DNA from: a candidate division WWE3 bacterium
Lineage (GTDB): Bacteria > Patescibacteriota > WWE3 > UBA101185 > UBA10185
DNA: 64,000 nt
Reading direction: 5' to 3'
Assembly (NCBI GenBank): GCA_012798115.1
Contig: JAAZNV010000006.1
Location: 91,971 to 155,970, forward strand
Part shown: piece by piece, positions 60,260 through 64,000 of the stretch
How positions within the stretch are numbered: the first letter of the stretch is position 1
Layout of the letters: each line of letters starts with the position of its first letter
The notes under the pieces: model-generated
What the model was told of the DNA's origin: nothing
Database searches by the model: none
The model's input: the letters and a program-made list of their open reading frames with translations, nothing else
Position numbers and translations under genes: made by a program

Positions 60260-61922
60260 AATAAAAGCCTTTTTTTCAAAATTTAAATACGAGCTTGTTG
60301 TTTTTCTTGTTTTTGTCTTGGTAAGACTCCCAAGTTTAGGTCATGATAATTTTAATACTGATGTATGGAGGTGGAAAGCAAGATCATATGATTTTGGAAA
60401 TGGTGTCTTTTTAAGGCAGTTTGCAAACACTCTTCAGAAATATCATCCTGGCGTAACTTTAATGTGGGTGTCTGGTATTGGAGCAAAGATAAATAATGCG
60501 TACAGTGTAGCAAGAGGAATTTCCTTATCTGCTGATAACAATATAAATATAATATTTCAATTGGATTTCATTCAAAAGTTTCTAATTGTATGTACCATTG
60601 GTATTGCCTTGTCTTTCATATTTTATGTTTTAAGAAATGTTTTTGGTCTAAAGTATGCTATTGTTTCAATATTTCTCTTATCATTTGAACCATTTTATCT
60701 TGCTTTAACTAGGGTGATTCATCTTGAGGGGTTGGTTTCTACGTTTATGTTAGCTAGTGTAGTTTGGCTTTACTATTATTTTCTTAATGATAGAAACTAC
60801 AAAAGATTAATTATTTCTGGGTTATTTGCTGGATTTTCTGTTCTTACTAAGACTTCTGCTATCTTTTTAATTCCTTTTTGTGGTTTATCTACTGCTCTTT
60901 TCTTCTTAAAGGGGAAACAAGATGAAAGAGTAAATAATGAGAAAAAGATAAAGAATGTACTTGTATCTATTTTTAGGGTATTTTTCATTTGGTTTGGGGT
61001 TTTACTAGTTACTTTCTTTGTTTTTTGGCCTGCTATGTGGGTAGAACCATTAAAAGTATTCCAAACCTTATATGAAGGTATAGCTTCTGTTGGGGTGGAA
61101 GGAGATCATATTCAGTATTACTTTGGAAGGTTAGTGGAAGATCCAGGCCCTAGTTTTTATTTTGTAGTTTTAGGTTTTAGGTCGTCGATTTACCTTCTTG
61201 TAGGCTTTGTTGGCTCTTTAATTATAAGAAAAAAATTACCTGTTAACTTAAGGAGGTTTATGGATTATCTTCTTATTTTTGTTTTCTTTTACTTTATTCA
61301 ATTAACTCTTCCATCAAAAAAGTTGGATAGGTACATACTTCCTGAACTTGTAGTTATGTCTCTTATTTCTTCTATGTTTTTTGTTTGGTTGTTTGAAAAA
61401 CTAAACTTTAAGAAAGTTATGGTAATGGTATTTATGATGCCTGCTATTTTAACTGCTTTGTACCTTCATCCTGAGTATATGTCTTATTACAACCCAATGT
61501 TTGGTGGAATAAAAATTGGGGTTAAGACTTTAGAGCCTAAATGGTTAATAGGCACAAGTAATATTATTAGGTACTTTAAAGGTTTATCTGAAAGAGATAA
61601 TTTACAATCTTCTTTTAATACTTCATTTGAAGAATTAGTTTACGTTCATCATGGAAGAGATCTTGAACCATTATTAACTGTTGCTTTTAGGGAAAAGTAT
61701 TATACCCAAATATGGCCATTTTTTAGAGAATTTGGAGCATGGCCTGTCATTGAATCTTTAACCCCATTTGCAGAAAGAACAAAATATTTTGTTTACCCTG
61801 TATGGGATGATACTGCATCTACAGAAAATAGATTTACTCTTAGATATGTTGACACCATCAAGTTAAGAGGAGCCCCTCTTTATAACGTCTACTTTAATGA
61901 AACTTTGGTAAATGAAAGATAA
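60240..61922 (+). CDS. GT-C (ArnT/PMT-like) membrane glycosyltransferase, paralog of 57085..58734
   Basis: NTD, HPGVTLMW, FEPF, HLE, LTK, WPAMW, KKLDRY. Confidence 0.78.
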   Translation: MKNLLSKIKAFFSKFKYELVVFLVFVLVRLPSLGHDNFNTDVWRWKARSYDFGNGVFLRQFANTLQKYHPGVTLMWVSGIGAKINNAYSVARGISLSADNNINIIFQLDFIQKFLIVCTIGIALSFIFYVLRNVFGLKYAIVSIFLLSFEPFYLALTRVIHLEGLVSTFMLASVVWLYYYFLNDRNYKRLIISGLFAGFSVLTKTSAIFLIPFCGLSTALFFLKGKQDERVNNEKKIKNVLVSIFRVFFIWFGVLLVTFFVFWPAMWVEPLKVFQTLYEGIASVGVEGDHIQYYFGRLVEDPGPSFYFVVLGFRSSIYLLVGFVGSLIIRKKLPVNLRRFMDYLLIFVFFYFIQLTLPSKKLDRYILPELVVMSLISSMFFVWLFEKLNFKKVMVMVFMMPAILTALYLHPEYMSYYNPMFGGIKIGVKTLEPKWLIGTSNIIRYFKGLSERDNLQSSFNTSFEELVYVHHGRDLEPLLTVAFREKYYTQIWPFFREFGAWPVIESLTPFAERTKYFVYPVWDDTASTENRFTLRYVDTIKLRGAPLYNVYFNETLVNER

Positions 61923-63198
61923 GTTAAATAATATAAAAGGGAATAAAGATCTATATGAAACTGTTCTTGTGGGTACTGGCACCATTGTTGGCTCTTTTTT
62001 TAGTTATCTATTGCAGTTTATCTTAGGGAGGAAATTGTCAGTTGAAGATTACGGGTCTTTTAACACTCTTCTTTCTGTTTCTAGTTTAGTAGGTGTTTTG
62101 TCCACGGTTTTAGGAGTGTCTTTAGTAAAGGTATCTTCAGATCTTTATGTTAATGAGGAGAAAGAAAAGCTTAAACTTTTATTTGTTAACATATCTAAAC
62201 TTTCATTACTTACAGGAGCATTTTTGTTTTTAGTAGTGTTTTCTTCTAGGTATGCTATTTCTAATTTGTTTAGGATAAGTAATGTTGTTGTTATTTCCTA
62301 TTTTGCAGCAAATGTTGGTTTATCAATTTTAAATGGTGTTCCTCCTAGTTTTATAAGAGGCTTGCAAAGATTCAGAAGATTTTCTTTATATCAAGTTTTA
62401 TCTTGTTTAAATAGGTTTTTATTTCCTACAATACTTGTTTTTATGGGATTTGGGTTGACTGGCGTATTCAAAGGGTTAACAATTTCTTCAATTTTAACCA
62501 TTGTTTTAGGGTTTGTTCTTTTAGGATTGAACTTAAGAACATTCAAGGACTTAAATTTAACCAAGGAGTATAAAAAGATATTATCTTTTAGCCTCCCTGT
62601 AATATTTACTCATCTTTTTACCACTTCTTTAACAAATACTGATTTAATTTTAGTTAAAAAATACTTTTCACCATTAGAGGCAGGCTATTATGCAGGCGCT
62701 GTAACTTTGGGAAAGATTCTTTTGTTTGGAGCTGGTGCTGTAACTATTGTTATGTTTCCAAAGATATCTGCTTTGTATGCTAAAAAAGAAGATTTTTATC
62801 CAAGATTTAAAAACTTGTCAATGATTCTCTTAGGTGTTCTTTTAGTGGGAATTCTTAGCTACTCAATATTCCCGGCATTGCTTACAAAGATATTTTTTGG
62901 AATAAGCTTTGAAAACTCTGTTAAATACCTTCCTATGTTTTCTATTGGTGTTTCTTTGTTTGTTCTTGTTAATTTTTTTACTACATTCTTCCTTGCTGTT
63001 GAAAAAACAAACGTGTCTTTTTTGCTTCTTCCTGGTGTAGTCTTGCAATATTTGCTTATAACAACTCATCATTCTTCCTTATATGAAGTTATAGAAGCTA
63101 ATATTTTTGCATGTATAATAACGTTAGTTTTGCTAGTATTTTACTTTTATGCCCAAAGATCTAAATGGTTAAAAACATCGTTAAAACTAAAAAGTTAG
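61912..63198 (+). CDS. Wzx/MOP-family flippase
   Basis: GRKLSVEDYG, RGLQRF, DLILVK.YF...EAGYYA, MFP; ~12 TMs. Confidence 0.82.
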   Translation: MKDKLNNIKGNKDLYETVLVGTGTIVGSFFSYLLQFILGRKLSVEDYGSFNTLLSVSSLVGVLSTVLGVSLVKVSSDLYVNEEKEKLKLLFVNISKLSLLTGAFLFLVVFSSRYAISNLFRISNVVVISYFAANVGLSILNGVPPSFIRGLQRFRRFSLYQVLSCLNRFLFPTILVFMGFGLTGVFKGLTISSILTIVLGFVLLGLNLRTFKDLNLTKEYKKILSFSLPVIFTHLFTTSLTNTDLILVKKYFSPLEAGYYAGAVTLGKILLFGAGAVTIVMFPKISALYAKKEDFYPRFKNLSMILLGVLLVGILSYSIFPALLTKIFFGISFENSVKYLPMFSIGVSLFVLVNFFTTFFLAVEKTNVSFLLLPGVVLQYLLITTHHSSLYEVIEANIFACIITLVLLVFYFYAQRSKWLKTSLKLKS

Positions 63199-64000
63199 TT
63201 TCTGTAATTATCCCTGCCTACAAACAAGAAAAGACCATAGAAAAAGATTTAAGGAATATTTATGGTGTTATGTCAGAAACTAGATGGGATTTTGAGATTA
63301 TTGTTGTAGTTGATGGTATGTTAGATAAAACTTTTGAAAATGCAAGAAGAGTAAATGAAAAGAATGTGAAAGTTACAGGCTATGAAACTAATCATGGAAA
63401 AGGATATGCAGTTAGATATGGAATGGTTAGAGCGAAAGGAGACTATATTGCTTTTATTGACTCTGGAATGGAGATACAACCTAATGGTATTTCTATGCTC
63501 TTAGAACACATGGAATGGTATAACGCAGATATTATGCTGGGAAGCAAAAGACACCCTGCTTCTAAAGTTAATTACCCTTCCTTTAGAAGATTTTATAGTT
63601 TTGTATATCATGCAATAGTTAAAGTTTTATTTAGAATTCCAGTAAAAGATACTCAAGTTGGTTTAAAAGTGTTTAAAAGGAATGTGCTTGAGGCAGTACT
63701 CCCTAGACTTGTAATTAAACAATATGCTTTTGATATTGAGCTTTTAGCTGTTGCACATAGATTGGGTTTTAAAAGAATATATGAAGCACCTGTGTATATA
63801 AGTATAGATTTTAGTTCAGGAACCAACTTTGGAAGGTTTCTTCCTTTTAGTAGATATATTCGTAAGATGTTGTTTGATACTTTGGCTGTATTTTATAGAA
63901 TGTACTTTCTACGTTACTATGATGATAGAAGCAAGCAAAAATGGGTTTATGATAAGGAGCTTGATATGAAAGTAAATACTGGAGGTTTATATGACTCATA
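63165..64000 (+). CDS. GT2 glycosyltransferase (Alg5/Dpm1-like); stop codon cut off by the window end; absent from the ORF track
   Basis: Manual translation gives MVKNIVKTKKLVSVIIPAYKQE...VVDG...NHGKGYAV...FIDSG...GSKRH...DTQVGLK...AFDIELL. Confidence 0.85.
   Translation, partial: MVKNIVKTKKLVSVIIPAYKQEKTIEKDLRNIYGVMSETRWDFEIIVVVDGMLDKTFENARRVNEKNVKVTGYETNHGKGYAVRYGMVRAKGDYIAFIDSGMEIQPNGISMLLEHMEWYNADIMLGSKRHPASKVNYPSFRRFYSFVYHAIVKVLFRIPVKDTQVGLKVFKRNVLEAVLPRLVIKQYAFDIELLAVAHRLGFKRIYEAPVYISIDFSSGTNFGRFLPFSRYIRKMLFDTLAVFYRMYFLRYYDDRSKQKWVYDKELDMKVNTGGLYDS

Noticed and set aside
1-64000. Alternative genetic code (TGA=Gly as in Gracilibacteria/Absconditabacteria, or TAG recoding)
   Set aside because: TGA and TAG end many genes at the expected positions, and long genes are uninterrupted in code 11.
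1-64000. tRNA, rRNA, CRISPR array, introns or inteins
   Set aside because: The few intergenic spaces over 100 nt show no cloverleaf or repeat-spacer pattern, and core genes have no large in-frame insertions with splicing motifs.

Overview
A low-GC, gene-dense chromosomal segment, most likely from a CPR/Patescibacteria genome (possibly WWE3/Microgenomates-like). That assignment is inferred from the absence of rpmD (L30) between rpsE and rplO, divergent core proteins and tiny intergenic spaces; the standard genetic code is used. Layout from left to right: (1) 3' end of ftsK and prfB. (2) A minus-strand accessory block: radC, a TasA-like gene, a SipW-like peptidase and a membrane-anchored Clp/Hsp100 ATPase, with a divergent XRE regulator. 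(3) A detached alpha operon (infA to rplQ, then rplM-rpsI) on the minus strand. (4) An orphan gene interrupted by an in-frame TAG. (5) serS, a methyltransferase, uppP, secA, a TMTC-like GT-C/TPR gene and lepB. (6) The rpoBC-str-S10-spc superoperon ending in secY-ybaB-adk. (7) A cell-surface glycosylation cluster of more than 20 kb (GT2, GT4, GT-C, flippases, ugd) that runs off the window. The most notable observations are the XRE/RadC/TasA/SipW fibre-like module, the transmembrane Clp ATPase with degenerate pore loops, an internally deleted 144-aa L3, a recurring leaderless-promoter architecture, and structured leaders before rpoB, tuf and rplC. I saw no rRNA, tRNA, CRISPR array or transposase. 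All calls come from reading motifs by eye; no searches were run.
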